64,000 nt of DNA from Syntrophales bacterium (lineage in GTDB: Bacteria > Desulfobacterota > Syntrophia > Syntrophales > UBA2210): NCBI GenBank assembly GCA_963666365.2, contig CAXXNF010000002.1, forward strand, positions 2,176,001-2,240,000, read 5' to 3'. The notes beneath the pieces are model-generated. The model was not told the DNA's origin. It ran no database searches and was given only the letters and a program-made list of their open reading frames with translations. This document shows positions 19,950 to 30,586 of this stretch, piece after piece; position 1 is the first letter of the stretch; every line of letters begins with the position of its first letter. Both the position numbers and the translations under genes were made by a program.

Positions 19950-20765
19950 ATGACATTACAGGAACTGCGGGCGGTTCCACATCTTTCAGCGTCGTCCATC
20001 GGCGATTACCTGGACTGCGGTCTGCTTTACAAGCTGGGGAGGGTCGACAAACTGCCCCCGGAAGGAAAGGCTGACGCACTGGAATTCGGCACGGTGATCC
20101 ACCTGGTGCTGGGCGAATACTATCAGCAGAAACTGGCGGGCATCGATCTGACCATACAGGAGATGCACCAATCTTTTGAAGAACACTGGACCAGGGTTGC
20201 ACACCATCGGGACGACATACTCTATGCCGAGGGCAAATCCTTTGAACCCCTGCTGCTGGAAGGAAAGGAACTCCTTACGACATATTATCACAAGAAACCG
20301 GAAGACCGGTTCACCGTGGTCGCCATAGAGGAACCCTTCAGCATCACCATTGAAGGGTGCGGCGTCCCCATTATCGGCGCCATGGATCTGCTCGAAGAAG
20401 ACGAATCGGGAACCCTTATCATCACCGATTTCAAGACCTCCGGCAGATCATATTCACGGGACGAGATTGACCGGAACTTTCAGATGACCCTCTATCAGAT
20501 CGCCGCCAGGGAACTGGGGTACGGGAATCGTGAGATCCTCCTGCGTTTCGACTGCCTTATCAAGACCAGGACACCCAAATTCGAGCAGTACTACACCACG
20601 AGAAGCGAGAGTGACGAAATCCGGGCAAGAAAAAAGATCATCGAGGTCTGGAAGGGCATATCGAAGGGGGTCTTCATCCCCAACGACAGTCCCTCCAACT
20701 GGAAGTGCAAGGGATGCGCGTTCAAGAAACACTGCGACGAGTGGTTCGCAAAGGAGGCGGCATGA
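19950..20765 (+). CDS. RecB/AddB-like PD-(D/E)xK nuclease
   Basis: HLSASSI..YLDC, FGTVIH, IEEPF, GAMDLL, ITDFKTS, QMTLYQ, CKGCAFKKHC. Confidence 0.88.
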   Translation: MTLQELRAVPHLSASSIGDYLDCGLLYKLGRVDKLPPEGKADALEFGTVIHLVLGEYYQQKLAGIDLTIQEMHQSFEEHWTRVAHHRDDILYAEGKSFEPLLLEGKELLTTYYHKKPEDRFTVVAIEEPFSITIEGCGVPIIGAMDLLEEDESGTLIITDFKTSGRSYSRDEIDRNFQMTLYQIAARELGYGNREILLRFDCLIKTRTPKFEQYYTTRSESDEIRARKKIIEVWKGISKGVFIPNDSPSNWKCKGCAFKKHCDEWFAKEAA

Positions 20766-20799
20766 CGAAGAAAATGGTGCACAAAGGAGGTGATGGCAC

Positions 20800-22650
20800 G
20801 TGAACGGCTTGAACAGGGAGCAGCGGCAGGCGGCGGAGTTTCTGCACGGGATTGCGGCAGTGATCGCCGTCCCGGGAAGCGGAAAGACACGAACCATGAT
20901 GGAGCGGATCGGCATGCTCGTGAAGGGGCATCAGGTAGCACCTGAAAATATCCTTGGCCTGACCTTTACCCGGAACGCGGCGGAAGAAATGAGACAGCGG
21001 CTGGTTCCCGTACTGGGGGATATGGCGTCGAGAGTCACCCTTTCGACGATTCACTCCTTCTGCCATTACCTGCTGCGGTCTGAAGGAAAGGTGTTTGAGA
21101 TCCTCTCGGGGAAGGACCAGATCGTCTTTCTTAGAACCATCATGAAGGGGATGCGATTGAAGGACATCTCGCTGGGCATGGTCCTGAACGAGATCAGCCT
21201 CGCCAAGAACAACCTCATCGACGTGAATGAATTCCGTGCCCTCTATGAGGGGGACAAAACCATGCTCAAGGTTGCCACGGTGTATGAAAAGTATGAAGCG
21301 GAAAAGGCGAAAAAATATCTCATGGACTTTGACGACCTTCTTGTCGAATCCTATCGCCTGCTCCATAATCATCCTGAAATCCGGGAGAAATACACCGGGC
21401 GGTACCTTCATTTGCTGGTAGACGAATATCAGGACACGAATCCCGTGCAGCTGGAAATATTGAAAACCCTGATCCATGGCGAGGGCACTGATTCCAGCTT
21501 CTGGGTCTGCGGTGACGACTGGCAGAGTATCTACGCCTTCACAGGGTCCTCCGTGGGAAATATCCTTCATTTTCACCGGATCTTCGAAGGATCTCAGATA
21601 TTCATTCTCAATCTCAATTATCGATCGACACCGCAGATACTCCGTGCCTGCCAGAATCTCATCAGAAACAACCGGCGGAAGATCGAGAAGACTCTTGCCA
21701 CGCATAACGAATCGGGAGATGAGGTGATCGTCCTTGAAGCATCCTCGGAAGACGGCGAGGCACTCAACCTCGTCAACGAGATCACGGAACTGGTCTTGCA
21801 TCAGGGGTATGTCCATAAGGATATCGCCATACTCTATCGCGCCAATTTTCAGTCCCGGGTGATTGAAGAGGTCTTTTCACAGCACAAAATCCCCTATCAC
21901 ATCGAAAACGGCCTCAATTTCTATACCCGCCCTGAAGTGCGCTATCTGCTTGAGTATCTCCGGGTGATCGCGAATCCCGATTCCGATGAGGCTGATGAGG
22001 CGCTTGTGAGTATTCTCAATGTCCCCAACCGGTATGTGAGCAGGAAGTTCGCAAAGGAACTGGAGACATTTTCACAGAAGAGAAAGGTGCATCTCTACAA
22101 AGGATTGAAGGAAGTGGGGATCGACCTTCCCTATGTGCGGAAAAATATCAGGGAGTTTCTTTCCTTCATGGACCCGCTGATCGACTATGCGGGAAACCTG
22201 TCGCCGGCGGAAATCATATCCCTCATCAGGACCGGCCTCGATTACGACCGGTTCATCTGTGACGAGGACATTCCCAGTCCCGACGATGTGAAGGTGCAGA
22301 ACCTCAATCAGCTGCAGGTTGCCGCTGCCAGATACGGAACCGTCCAGTCATTCCTGGAGTACACGGAAACCTTTCAGGAAGAGATCACCAACGACAGGGA
22401 AGGAGTGTCTCTCATGACCATACACAAGGCGAAGGGGTTGGAGTTTCCCGTGGTGTTCGTCATCGGCCTGGTGGAAGGAATTACGCCCACCAAACGGGGC
22501 GATATAGAGGAAGAGCGAAGAATCGTCTTTGTGGGCATATCACGGGCGATGAAACTTCTGTACCTCAGCTATTCCCACACCTTCATGGGCCAGCCCTGCC
22601 GGAAGTCGCTCTTTCTGGACGAGATCATGGACAGGATTGAGGAAGAATAG
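20800..22650 (+). CDS. UvrD/PcrA/Rep family SF1 helicase
   Basis: AVPGSGKT, TFTRNAA, VDEYQD, GDDWQSIY, NYRS, TIHKAKGLEF, EERR..FVGISRA. Confidence 0.95.
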   Translation: MNGLNREQRQAAEFLHGIAAVIAVPGSGKTRTMMERIGMLVKGHQVAPENILGLTFTRNAAEEMRQRLVPVLGDMASRVTLSTIHSFCHYLLRSEGKVFEILSGKDQIVFLRTIMKGMRLKDISLGMVLNEISLAKNNLIDVNEFRALYEGDKTMLKVATVYEKYEAEKAKKYLMDFDDLLVESYRLLHNHPEIREKYTGRYLHLLVDEYQDTNPVQLEILKTLIHGEGTDSSFWVCGDDWQSIYAFTGSSVGNILHFHRIFEGSQIFILNLNYRSTPQILRACQNLIRNNRRKIEKTLATHNESGDEVIVLEASSEDGEALNLVNEITELVLHQGYVHKDIAILYRANFQSRVIEEVFSQHKIPYHIENGLNFYTRPEVRYLLEYLRVIANPDSDEADEALVSILNVPNRYVSRKFAKELETFSQKRKVHLYKGLKEVGIDLPYVRKNIREFLSFMDPLIDYAGNLSPAEIISLIRTGLDYDRFICDEDIPSPDDVKVQNLNQLQVAAARYGTVQSFLEYTETFQEEITNDREGVSLMTIHKAKGLEFPVVFVIGLVEGITPTKRGDIEEERRIVFVGISRAMKLLYLSYSHTFMGQPCRKSLFLDEIMDRIEEE

Positions 22651-22783
22651 CAACGCAGGAGGGTTCCCGGTTTCCCGGCGGTGAGTTCTTGCAATTACCA
22701 CACTCATGGATGGGGAAAAAGGGAACACCTTCCCTGGACCGCATTGAGAAGGTCTGGGAGGGCCCTGTCAAAGGAGCATAGAC

Positions 22784-23245
22784 ATGCACACAGCGTTATA
22801 TGAGAAAAAGGGACGGGTGGCGCAGGTCACCATCTGGTGCAAGATATACACCAACAATTTCAGTGAGAAGATGATTCATGTCATGGCCACCGGCGATGAG
22901 ATCTATGACTTTCTCATGTCCGACTGCGGATGCTGTCATGACGAAAAGGGCGCCCTTATGCCCGGCGACTGCAACCTCTGGTATCTGGGAATGAACGAGA
23001 AATTCGGGGAGATTTCATACGGGGAGAGGACCTGGAAATGGAGCTTCGGAGAATCATCCTTTGACCGCGTGGAGCTCTTCGTTATCGCCATGTATCGTGA
23101 CGGGTTCATCACCGGGACGCAGCGTGACGCCCTCATGGAAAAAATCGAGGAGGGGCGGGTGATAGGAGACATGTACCGGATCAGAGAGTATCTTCCGGCA
23201 CAACCCCGGGAACCGTCGAAGGAGACAGACACCCGTCAGGTATGA
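22784..23245 (+). CDS. hypothetical protein
   Basis: AAGGAG RBS, 153 aa, in operon. Confidence 0.65.
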   Translation: MHTALYEKKGRVAQVTIWCKIYTNNFSEKMIHVMATGDEIYDFLMSDCGCCHDEKGALMPGDCNLWYLGMNEKFGEISYGERTWKWSFGESSFDRVELFVIAMYRDGFITGTQRDALMEKIEEGRVIGDMYRIREYLPAQPREPSKETDTRQV

Positions 23246-23276
23246 AACAGAATCAATTACGAAAGGAGAAGGACGA

Positions 23277-23990
23277 ATGTCATTTGAAATACTTCATTTC
23301 AGGGAATCGGAAGAGATTCTCAAGAAGAAGAACATGGGGAAGGAGCTCTATCTCGTCATGGAATATCTGGACGATGTGCTCTACGGGTCGCTCTATCGAA
23401 GGGAGCTGCTCCGTCAGGCGCTTGACGAGATGGACTGGCGGGATGGCGATGATCTCAACATTCTGGAAGGAAGGAGGTACAGCTACAAGGGGTTGAGAAA
23501 GCGTGTGGCCATGGACGGGAACCTGTCATCCTACGAGTACATCCAGGATGCACTGCTGCGGCTGCAGATCGGCTTTGACAAGGGGAGGATCGACATGGGC
23601 ATTGTCCTGGTGACGGCGGAACGAAGTGAAAAGAGTCATCTGGGGACTACGAAGGATCTGCTCATACAGGAAATCGACATGCTCTATCCTACCATATCGC
23701 TGCCGGTGACGGTGGTCCTCTTCGACCTGGGAAAACGAACGCTTATCGCTGACGAGGATGAGCTTGCCATTCCCGGGGAGCCGCATGTTCCTGATGAAAG
23801 AGACCATGTTACTCAGGGTACTGAAGGGAGATCTTCCGGTAAAGATGATCCCCCTGAAGAGATAGTGCCTTCTGAAATAGAAAAAGGCGGGAAGGGGAAA
23901 AATAAGAAAAAGGCTGAAAGGAAAAGACCTTCTCTTACGTCTGACATTTCTGAAGAACCTGCCTCACAGCCCATCGCTGTCAATCAGTAA
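23277..23990 (+). CDS. BglII/BstYI-like restriction-endonuclease-fold protein with disordered tail
   Basis: KGLRKRVAMDGNLSSYEYIQDALLRLQIGFDKGRIDMGIVLV resembles the BglII core; catalytic residues look atypical. Confidence 0.45.
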   Translation: MSFEILHFRESEEILKKKNMGKELYLVMEYLDDVLYGSLYRRELLRQALDEMDWRDGDDLNILEGRRYSYKGLRKRVAMDGNLSSYEYIQDALLRLQIGFDKGRIDMGIVLVTAERSEKSHLGTTKDLLIQEIDMLYPTISLPVTVVLFDLGKRTLIADEDELAIPGEPHVPDERDHVTQGTEGRSSGKDDPPEEIVPSEIEKGGKGKNKKKAERKRPSLTSDISEEPASQPIAVNQ

Positions 23991-24026
23991 GTTCATTCAA
24001 CTGCACGTTAATTACAAGGAGGAATA

Positions 24027-24317
24027 ATGGCGTACACCCCGCAACTCAGCAAAGAGGCATCCTCGACGTTAAGACGAATAGCCTGGGCCATGCATGCTCC
24101 CATGACCAGTACGCTGGAAAGCATTATGACGGTCATGCCCCGATATATGAAACGGGAACAGGTCTGTAAAGCCTGCCGTGACAGAAGCAATTGCATGGAA
24201 TGCGCATTCAACGAGGAACGGATACTCATGAACGACAGGAAAGGAGAAGAAGCACACCATGTCACAAGTAACCACACTGGGAAAAGTAATGGAGAAAGTC
24301 GGCAGAATGTCCCTTGA
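24027..24317 (+). CDS. hypothetical protein (RHH-like plus CxxC..CxxC)
   Basis: GGAGG RBS; YTPQLS..LRRIAWA...CKACRDRSNCMEC. Confidence 0.6.
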   Translation: MAYTPQLSKEASSTLRRIAWAMHAPMTSTLESIMTVMPRYMKREQVCKACRDRSNCMECAFNEERILMNDRKGEEAHHVTSNHTGKSNGESRQNVP

Positions 24318-25185
24318 GTGCCATGATCATTACGTGCCGGTTCGCCATATACGGTTTTACGATCTTGAAAAAGTTTCCATCGATGGGGAATCCTATCCCA
24401 TTCAGCCTGTAGCGCAGCAGTCCATCGCGCAGAGGCTGGGCATTCCCATCAGTTATCTCAGGAAATGTCCCCCGGAAGTCCAGCGGTACAACATGAATTA
24501 CTGGATCGACTATGAAAAGAACGAGGAGCTCTTTTTCAGATTCAAGCGAAATGAAGTACGGGCGCTTTTTACACCCCGCTATATTCCCACAGACAACCTC
24601 GAAATACTGGAAAGTCTGAAGGATCTGGGATACCCCTCTGATATGCCCGTGCAGGCATCAGTGGACGATACTTTTATGATGGTGAACATGCTGGAGGGGG
24701 AAAGGGGATTTTCTGTAAACGGGGACAGGATGACGCCGGGCATTTCCATCACCAATTCTGAAGTGGGTATTGCGGCGCTTTCCATCTCCGCTTTCGTGTT
24801 GAGGCTCGTCTGCACCAACGGGATGATCTCCAAAACGGAAGTCTCCGCATCGTATCGTCATATATCTGCAAAGATCATGAGCGAGTTCCCCAATGTGCTC
24901 GACAGCATCGCACAGGGGTTGGGAAAACAGCAGCATCAGTTTCGTCTCTCCCTTGCAAGTCCTGTCCCTGATCCTGAAGGAACCATCAGAAGCTTCAACC
25001 GACAGTTTGAACTTAAGCAGGAAGAAAGGGAAGCAGTGGAATGGGCAATGCCGCTTGAATATGGAGAGACCATGTTTCATGTGGTGAATACCTACACCAA
25101 GGCAGCCCAGTATGAAGAACTGAACGCTGAAGGGAGATACCATCTGCAGAGAGTGGGAGGAATGATCCTGGAGATGGTGAAGTAG
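24259..25185 (+). CDS. DUF932 family protein
   Basis: GISITNSEVG...LRLVCTNGM motif. Confidence 0.8.
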   Translation: MSQVTTLGKVMEKVGRMSLECHDHYVPVRHIRFYDLEKVSIDGESYPIQPVAQQSIAQRLGIPISYLRKCPPEVQRYNMNYWIDYEKNEELFFRFKRNEVRALFTPRYIPTDNLEILESLKDLGYPSDMPVQASVDDTFMMVNMLEGERGFSVNGDRMTPGISITNSEVGIAALSISAFVLRLVCTNGMISKTEVSASYRHISAKIMSEFPNVLDSIAQGLGKQQHQFRLSLASPVPDPEGTIRSFNRQFELKQEEREAVEWAMPLEYGETMFHVVNTYTKAAQYEELNAEGRYHLQRVGGMILEMVK

Positions 25186-25224
25186 AAAAATAGGAACAGA
25201 AGGCAGAGACAAAAACCAGATAAG

Positions 25225-25264
25225 AGCCCCTTTGGAAAAACAATAAAATCCATGGGGGCTTTTT
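25225..25264 (+). terminator. intrinsic terminator of the recombination operon
   Basis: AGCCCC-TTTGGA...TCCATG-GGGGCT plus T run. Confidence 0.55.
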
Positions 25265-25476
25265 AATTTGAAGGAGTCAGATATGGATTACTCGCACAGC
25301 GAATTCTGGCAGGATTTCTTTGTATTTAGCCTTCAAGTATTTCCAGTTCTCATGAACTAAATTATAAAGTTCTTCAATCTGTTACTGATAAGGATGGAAA
25401 TGATACCACCACTTATAAACAATTAATTGGTGAAGGTGATACTCATAACACATGGCAATAAACACGGTTGACTATT

Positions 25477-28400
25477 GTCGCAATCCCTTCGAATGTCAGG
25501 TCTGTTCCGATATTTTGAAAGAACCACAGAATCACACGATCTGGCATCTGAGTCGCAATCCCTTCGAATGTCAGGTCTGTTCCGATTATTCAACTTTAGG
25601 CAAACTTAGCTACCGAGACCAATAGTCGCAATCCCTTCGAATGTCAGGTCTGTTCCGATATACTTCAAAGATCCATCAGAAGCAGCAGAGGACAGGGCCG
25701 GTCGCAATCCCTTCGAATGTCAGGTCTGTTCCGATTGTATTGCTTGATCCGGCGAACGCTTCCGTGCCTGAAGATCGTCGCAATCCCTTCGAATGTCAGG
25801 TCTGTTCCGATGAAAAAACCGAAATGGCAACCCGCAACGCTACCGGGTCGCAATCCCTTCGAATGTCAGGTCTGTTCCGATTATTGTCTTGAGAGGGGGA
25901 TTTAACAATGTGTATAGCAATGTCGCAATCCCTTCGAATGTCAGGTCTGTTCCGATACAACAAAAAGCAGACTGGTTATAAGACCTTACACAGGTCGCAA
26001 TCCCTTCGAATGTCAGGTCTGTTCCGATTCAGGCATCATATCGCCTTCGATATGTAACCCATATCGTGGTCGCAATCCCTTCGAATGTCAGGTCTGTTCC
26101 GATCTCACATACAAGACATACTGTAGCATTAACGGAAAGGGGGAAGGTCGCAATCCCTTCGAATGTCAGGTCTGTTCCGATAAGCAGAGGATAGGATAGA
26201 AGAGGCAAGGAATGCCCTGCGTCGCAATCCCTTCGAATGTCAGGTCTGTTCCGATATTGCCGGTATACCACGAAAGATTAATAGAAAGTCTGTACGTCGC
26301 AATCCCTTCGAATGTCAGGTCTGTTCCGATATTATCCGAGCAATAAACAACAACAAGAAAAAAAGTGGCCATGTCGCAATCCCTTCGAATGTCAGGTCTG
26401 TTCCGATCAGGACGGCTGCAAGCGGCAATAAATTTGCTGCCTTGCGTCGCAATCCCTTCGAATGTCAGGTCTGTTCCGATAGCCGCCTTAAAACGGTTAT
26501 TAAAAGGCATCGGGGTCGCAATCCCTTCGAATGTCAGGTCTGTTCCGATTTCAAGCAGTGGATAATGGATTCGGTTTCTGGCGAGAAGGGTGTCGCAATC
26601 CCTTCGAATGTCAGGTCTGTTCCGATAGTATCGCCTGCGCAACCATAAATTGCGAGGGTGATACAATGTCGCAATCCCTTCGAATGTCAGGTCTGTTCCG
26701 ATGAAATCGTCACAGCAATCAACAACAACAAAAAGCAGACGGGGTCGCAATCCCTTCGAATGTCAGGTCTGTTCCGATGGTAGGATGAAATACCGTGAGA
26801 GTAGTGAAATAAGGAAAATTGTCGCAATCCCTTCGAATGTCAGGTCTGTTCCGATAGATGTTGACGGTGAAACAATATGCGAGGAGTGTTTCGTCGCAAT
26901 CCCTTCGAATGTCAGGTCTGTTCCGATAGGATTGCTATGACAGATATTTCTGTACATGCGGTCTTTGTCGCAATCCCTTCGAATGTCAGGTCTGTTCCGA
27001 TTGGCCATCTTGAAGCAGATAATGTCTGAGAAATAGCCTTCTGTCGCAATCCCTTCGAATGTCAGGTCTGTTCCGATGTGCAGAGTATATATGTGAAGAG
27101 TTCTTTGGTCTTGAACCGGATGTCGCAATCCCTTCGAATGTCAGGTCTGTTCCGATCGAAAACAGGTTACAAAACACTTCACTCCGTGTACTCATGTCGC
27201 AATCCCTTCGAATGTCAGGTCTGTTCCGATATGAACATCCTGAGAACATTATAGACCTAGTGAGGGAGGGCGTCGCAATCCCTTCGAATGTCAGGTCTGT
27301 TCCGATTAAGGTAATAGGCAAAGTGGAATTCGAGGGTGTCACAGGTCGCAATCCCTTCGAATGTCAGGTCTGTTCCGATATCCATGAATAAAGCACAAGC
27401 AACCAGCCGCCTTAAAACGGTCGCAATCCCTTCGAATGTCAGGTCTGTTCCGATATTCGGATCAAAGGACGTAAGCGTGCAAACGCATCGGGTCGCAATC
27501 CCTTCGAATGTCAGGTCTGTTCCGATGGTCAACAACCAGATTCGGATCAAAGGACGTAAGCGTGCGTCGCAATCCCTTCGAATGTCAGGTCTGTTCCGAT
27601 AAGGAGTTGCCAAGTGGTTGAAATCATTACGGAATACGCGGTCGCAATCCCTTCGAATGTCAGGTCTGTTCCGATAGAAAGGGAGGAAGAGACAATGAAA
27701 AAGATGCTCGAGGTCGCAATCCCTTCGAATGTCAGGTCTGTTCCGATCGTATCGGAAGATGGAACTATCTACTTTGACAGCCCATGTCGCAATCCCTTCG
27801 AATGTCAGGTCTGTTCCGATAATATGGACTTGGATGATGGGAATTGGCATCGGGCTGGGAGTCGCAATCCCTTCGAATGTCAGGTCTGTTCCGATATGAA
27901 GTCAAGCTCGTTGACATAGCCCGATGAAGTCGCAATCCCTTCGAATGTCAGGTCTGTTCCGATTAGCCTTTTTTCAAGCAGGAGATATGACGGAACTTCA
28001 ACAGTGTCGCAATCCCTTCGAATGTCAGGTCTGTTCCGATAATTCAGTCACGGAAGAAAACCAAGAGGGTCGGGGAGAGTCGCAATCCCTTCGAATGTCA
28101 GGTCTGTTCCGATAACGAGGATTCCTGCCGCCTATTTGTAGGAAATATCAAGGCCGTCGCAATCCCTTCGAATGTCAGGTCTGTTCCGATCTCAAAGAAA
28201 GGAGAAAAATTAGAAGGCTGCGCTGGAGTCGCAATCCCTTCGAATGTCAGGTCTGTTCCGATGGAGAATGGGAAAACCGTGGATCGCCAAAGTCGATTTT
28301 TCGTCGCAATCCCTTCGAATGTCAGGTCTGTTCCGATGTGGTGCAATGAGGGGTGACAATGAATATTATGAGGACAGAGTCGCAATCCCTTCGAATGTCA

Positions 28401-29752
28401 GGTCTGTTCCGATGAGAGGACTTGGTAAGTCCGAATGAGTATTATGTCTGTTGTCGCAATCCCTTCGAATGTCAGGTCTGTTCCGATGGGAGACAGATGG
28501 GAAGGAGTTACCAAGTGACCGAAAGTCGCAATCCCTTCGAATGTCAGGTCTGTTCCGATATAATCTTTTGCAGCTAGGACACAAAAAGATGGTCTATGGT
28601 CGCAATCCCTTCGAATGTCAGGTCTGTTCCGATGTGCCAGCGAGTAAACCCAAAAAAAACATCTCTTAATCCGTCGCAATCCCTTCGAATGTCAGGTCTG
28701 TTCCGATTACATCGATCCAGAGGATGTCACGTTGGTCAGCGCGAGTCGCAATCCCTTCGAATGTCAGGTCTGTTCCGATTACGAGCACCCGGCGAAGCAT
28801 CAGGCCGGGACATACGGCGTCGCAATCCCTTCGAATGTCAGGTCTGTTCCGATGGATATGGAGGATGGGAAAGAAAGAGAGGATGCGTGGGAAGTCGCAA
28901 TCCCTTCGAATGTCAGGTCTGTTCCGATTCTTTTGACCGTTTGTAAAACGACCCTTTGTCTGAGTCGCAATCCCTTCGAATGTCAGGTCTGTTCCGATGG
29001 ACAACGATGGGGAAACGATGTGTGAGAATTGTTTCTCGGTCGCAATCCCTTCGAATGTCAGGTCTGTTCCGATATCACATTGCACTCACTCGGAAGCTTT
29101 GTTCTGTGTTCGGGGTCGCAATCCCTTCGAATGTCAGGTCTGTTCCGATGTAGGATTGCAATGATAGAGTATTAGAAAATGATACTCTAGTCGCAATCCC
29201 TTCGAATGTCAGGTCTGTTCCGATTCATTGAAAATTGCATATGGATTGTAGCCTGACGGGTGACGTCGCAATCCCTTCGAATGTCAGGTCTGTTCCGATA
29301 TCAAAAGATACGCAACGAGAAATTATAAAGAGATGAATCGGGTCGCAATCCCTTCGAATGTCAGGTCTGTTCCGATTGCCATGGCAGTGGGGAATTACAG
29401 GGTTGCTATTCCTGAGGTCGCAATCCCTTCGAATGTCAGGTCTGTTCCGATTTGGACTTGGATGATGGGAATTGGCATCGGGCTGTCGTTGTCGCAATCC
29501 CTTCGAATGTCAGGTCTGTTCCGATCTGATAGCTATGTTGTCGAATATGGCAATCCACGCAAGGCGTCGCAATCCCTTCGAATGTCAGGTCTGTTCCGAT
29601 TAGTGCGTTTCTGTAGAGGCAATTCCTACGCGACCGTTGCCAAGTCGCAATCCCTTCGAATGTCAGGTCTGTTCCGATTTTCGGTCACTCGAACGACTAA
29701 CAAACCCCATCGCTAATGTCGCAATCCCTTCGAATGTCAGGTCTGTTCCGAT
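25477..29752 (-). CRISPR. CRISPR array, about 58 identical 35-bp repeats and 57 spacers (33-44 bp)
   Basis: Plus-strand repeat GTCGCAATCCCTTCGAATGTCAGGTCTGTTCCGAT; probable transcribed form ATCGGAACAGACCTGACATTCGAAGGGATTGCGAC (ATTGCGAC handle), leader next to cas2; counted by hand. Confidence 0.98.
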
Positions 29753-29992
29753 GGCGACCCTTGTAATCCCTTTGTCCATCGGCTTTTGCACCGCTCTTTC
29801 CGCGAACCTCTTTCGTCTTTAAGGCAATAGCGCCCTGGGAACCCCTTTCTCATTCGCACAATCATAGCATATCCCTCCGTAATAATTGTATATTTTATTT
29901 TTCTGCAGACCCCATGCAGCCCTATCTACATTATTGGTTTAATATCAGATAGTTATCAAATGCTAGATTTCTTAGCGCAGAGGTTCGCGATT
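29753..29992 (-). promoter_or_regulatory. CRISPR leader
   Basis: AT-rich core; inverted repeat CGCGAACCTCT (29801-29811) / AGAGGTTCGCG (29979-29989); IHF-like TATCAGATAGTTA (29943-29955). Confidence 0.8.
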
Positions 29993-30274
29993 TTAATATA
30001 TTGAGTATTCTCCGTCCGGATCGGTAAAGGAACCCTGGCCGATTATTTCTATGGTTTCAGCACATTTACCGCACAACGGAAAATACTTTACCCCGTCTTC
30101 TTCCGGCTCTATCACTTGTTCGATGCGTTCCCTCATCTCTTTCATCACCCATTGGGCGTCGATTGATGCTTCAAATATGGATTTCTGCACCCTCACGCCG
30201 TAGTCAGCCAGTATTTTCGCCACACGGGCCAGCCGCCGTTCATCGGCAATATCGTAAGCGATAAGCATATTCAT
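29993..30274 (-). CDS. cas2: CRISPR-associated Cas2
   Basis: LIAYDIADERRL..VAK...YGVRVQKSIFE. Confidence 0.95.
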   Translation of the reverse strand: MNMLIAYDIADERRLARVAKILADYGVRVQKSIFEASIDAQWVMKEMRERIEQVIEPEEDGVKYFPLCGKCAETIEIIGQGSFTDPDGEYSIY

Positions 30275-30304
30275 ATCCTGATACTCCTTTACAATCTATA
30301 CGCG

Positions 30305-30586
30305 CTATCCATCCAGCACCATATAGTCAAGCTGAGTCACCTTGATGCCCCGTCCTGAAATGATCACCTTGCCCATGCAGCGGTTGCAAATCTTGTATAT
30401 CCTTACCGAGTCGCGGGCAATGTCGAGATTATCGCGGCAATAGGCCCTGATGCGCTGAAGGGCGATATCGTCGATGTCGCACTCGAAGACGGACTTTTGC
30501 GTGTTCAGGCCGAATTCCTTCATAAATTTGTGAAGTGTTGTTAGTCGCTTCGGTTCGGTGATGTCGTAGGTTACAAGTGTAATCAT
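30305..30586 (-). CDS. cas2: CRISPR-associated Cas2 (second copy)
   Basis: LVTYDITEPKRL...QKSVFEC...DSVRIYKIC. Confidence 0.93.
   Translation of the reverse strand: MITLVTYDITEPKRLTTLHKFMKEFGLNTQKSVFECDIDDIALQRIRAYCRDNLDIARDSVRIYKICNRCMGKVIISGRGIKVTQLDYMVLDG

Noticed and set aside
19950..20765. cas4
   Set aside because: Cas4-like fold, but it sits in the SSB/UvrD operon on the opposite strand, 9 kb from cas1; better called RecB/AddB-like
20722..21816. Long antisense ORFs (also 7232-8032, 31075-31989, 57615-58349, 61764-62525)
   Set aside because: Shadows of well-supported genes on the opposite strand, with no recognisable motifs
25283..25476. Short ORF fragments between the DUF932 gene and the array
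   Set aside because: Interrupted by stops and no recognisable family
25477..29752. Spacers targeting sequences within this window
   Set aside because: No match found by eye; an exhaustive alignment was not possible
25641..29822. Many 60-200 aa ORFs in the ORF track
   Set aside because: They are translations of CRISPR repeats and spacers (recurring IGTDLTFEGIAT, VAIPSNVRSVP)
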